Virus record (IMG/VR): IMGVR_UViG_3300020045_007257
Coordinates: 1-35,502 of that record
Reading direction: 5' to 3' (one strand)
From: a virus
Lineage: Duplodnaviria > Caudoviricetes
DNA length: 35,502 bases
In this document: positions 34,192 through 35,502 of the stretch, one piece after another
Layout of the letters: each line of letters opens with the position of its first letter
How positions within the stretch are numbered: position 1 is the first letter of the stretch
Made by a program: the position numbers and the translations under genes
The notes under the pieces: model-generated
Told to the model about the DNA's origin: nothing
The model's database searches: none
Seen by the model: only the letters and a program-made list of their open reading frames with translations

Positions 34192-34665
34192 TGGAAACAA
34201 ATAAACCATGGTGGAAATCGGACGGAGACAACCTTCACAAGGAAGTCTTTAAGGCCGTAAACAACACTAGAAACAATCAGCAGCAACAGGACGACCTAGA
34301 CCAAAGGCACTACCGCCTTTATTCAGGCCTTCCATTATTCTCAGCTTTCACTAATGAAATCGTGGACGCGAACGACATCCGATTCACGATGAACGTGGTC
34401 CAATCAGGCGTTAACACTTTAGTAAGCAAGATCTCTAAGAACAAAGTTCGTCCTTCATTCCTTACAGACGAAGGCGACTGGGGGATGCAGCAACAGGCGA
34501 AGAAGATGGACCGATATGTATTCGGACAATTCTATAAAGGTAAAGTTTACGAAGAGACCAAGAAGTCCTTGAGAGACGGATGCATTTTTGGTGATGGATT
34601 CGTTAAGCACTGGCACGACTCAGATGGTGAGATTCATGTTAAGCGAGTTTTCAAGCCTTCTCTAA
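34191..34665 (+). CDS. Portal protein, N-terminal fragment (interrupted)
   Basis: Follows terL; NVVQS.VNTLVSKI....RP.FLT..GDW..Q..AK......G.F...RDGCIFGDGFVK pattern. The frame ends abruptly at the inversion junction. Confidence 0.8.
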
Positions 34666-35026
34666 TGCCTTGAGGGAAGTTATAGATCGGTGGTTTGTCT
34701 TTGAACTTAACGATTGTTCCCACGTCGTTGTTGAAGTGCGTATCAATCACCTCAGACATGTAATCGATGAAGATTGACGGTGAAGTCATGAGGTTCATAG
34801 CGCGAGAAATGCGGCGAAGAGTTCTGTTAATCTCGACTTGATGGCCAGTAATCAGCTCGGCAACTCCTCGGCTTAGGTATCCTAGAGCGTTTGGAACGAA
34901 AGGAAGCCTGATATACGGGATCTTGTCCATCTTGAACTCTTCATCTAGGAATGTCGCTGTAGCGATCCCGATAAAGTGGCGACCTGACTTTAGTTCTGAC
35001 TCGTCCTTCTCGTCCTTTTTCGACAG
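34665..35026 (-). CDS. Portal protein, internal fragment in inverted orientation
   Basis: Minus frame reads ...SGRHFIGIATATFLDEEFKMDKIPYIRLPF...GYLSRGVAELITGHQVEINRTLRRI...P.IF, the expected mid-portal segment; open upstream of the tracked ATG. Confidence 0.75.
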
Positions 35027-35306
35027 TGAGAGGGAATACGATTACGCCGCCGACGAAGCGATGGCTGTGGGACGATTCTTCCGCAGCAAGTTCTCTCCGC
35101 TTGCCGCCCTTATGATGAATACGGCGACCGGCAGAACGGTAGGGCGCGATGAGGTAACGCCTGCACAAATCATCTACGACAACTCCGTTACACTCTCATT
35201 GAGAGATGTTTCGGATGCCGTTGAGGTACAAGGATTCATGAAGGGTGGAGCCATGTGGCTGACCTCCCTATTTGGGGTCGGCATGAACACCTACGAAGAT
35301 AACTAG
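35027..35306 (+). CDS. C-terminal fragment of an unrelated (probably phage) protein on foreign higher-GC DNA
   Basis: RFFRSKFSP...N.ATGRT.G...FGVGMNTY resembles C-termini of large phage virion proteins; GC is visibly higher from about 35030 to the end. Confidence 0.4.
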
Positions 35307-35502
35307 CGCCCCCACGGCCGGTTCCGAATAGCATCCAGCTGCCGATTGCCTTCAATCTGTTGCAGCGTGTTGTTGAGTTGGCGAATCTCAAACGCCTCAT
35401 CGCCGTAGTACCCGCCGCCGTAAACAGGACGCCCATAGTACGGTCGCGGCGCAACGTATACCGGCGCGGCGGTCCAGTTGAGAATGCGGGCGCCAGTGAT
35501 CG

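Noticed and set aside
34634-35026. Programmed inversion (phase variation) of the portal gene
   Set aside because: No invertase and no flanking inverted repeats are visible, intervening portal sequence appears missing, and foreign DNA follows, so an artefact is more likely.
34923-35306. Tracked 127-aa + strand ORF as a complete gene
   Set aside because: Its first ~35 codons are antisense portal sequence; only the part after about 35027 looks like real coding sequence.
35027-35502. Host chromosome flank marking a prophage boundary
   Set aside because: The junction is inside the portal gene, far from the integrase and att region, and the sequence looks like another phage gene end.
1-35502. CRISPR array, diversity-generating retroelement, tRNA genes or alternative genetic code
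   Set aside because: No repeat-spacer array, reverse transcriptase, template/variable repeat pair or cloverleaf was seen, and long genes translate intact in the standard code with all three stop codons in use.

Overview
Near-complete (about 35 kb) genome of a temperate, short-tailed (podovirus-type) dsDNA phage, seen in its excised form with attP intact. Gene order on the + strand: scaffold, major capsid, tail adaptor and nozzle, three ejection-type proteins, a fibre-like protein and the lysis cassette. The att region follows, then a long minus-strand early operon: tyrosine integrase, excisionase, many small accessory genes, lambda O/P-like replication genes, a Sak4-like ATPase and Cro. A divergent CI-like repressor precedes a + strand late operon (VRR-NUC, TerS, GNAT, TerL, portal). 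The most striking feature is in the att region. Directly downstream of the integrase, between G-rich GGGGCGG arm-like repeats, lies ATG CCA GAA CTA CCC GAA GTC TGA (MPELPEV-stop), the hallmark catalytic N-terminus of the Fpg/MutM DNA glycosylase. This suggests integration into the first codons of host mutM, which would swap promoters between mutM and a phage GIY-YIG/T5orf172 gene. Both contig ends look chimeric: bases 1-81 are an inverted copy of 740-820, the portal gene is broken by an inversion, and the last ~475 bp are foreign, higher-GC DNA. All product calls come from motif recognition and synteny, not database searches.
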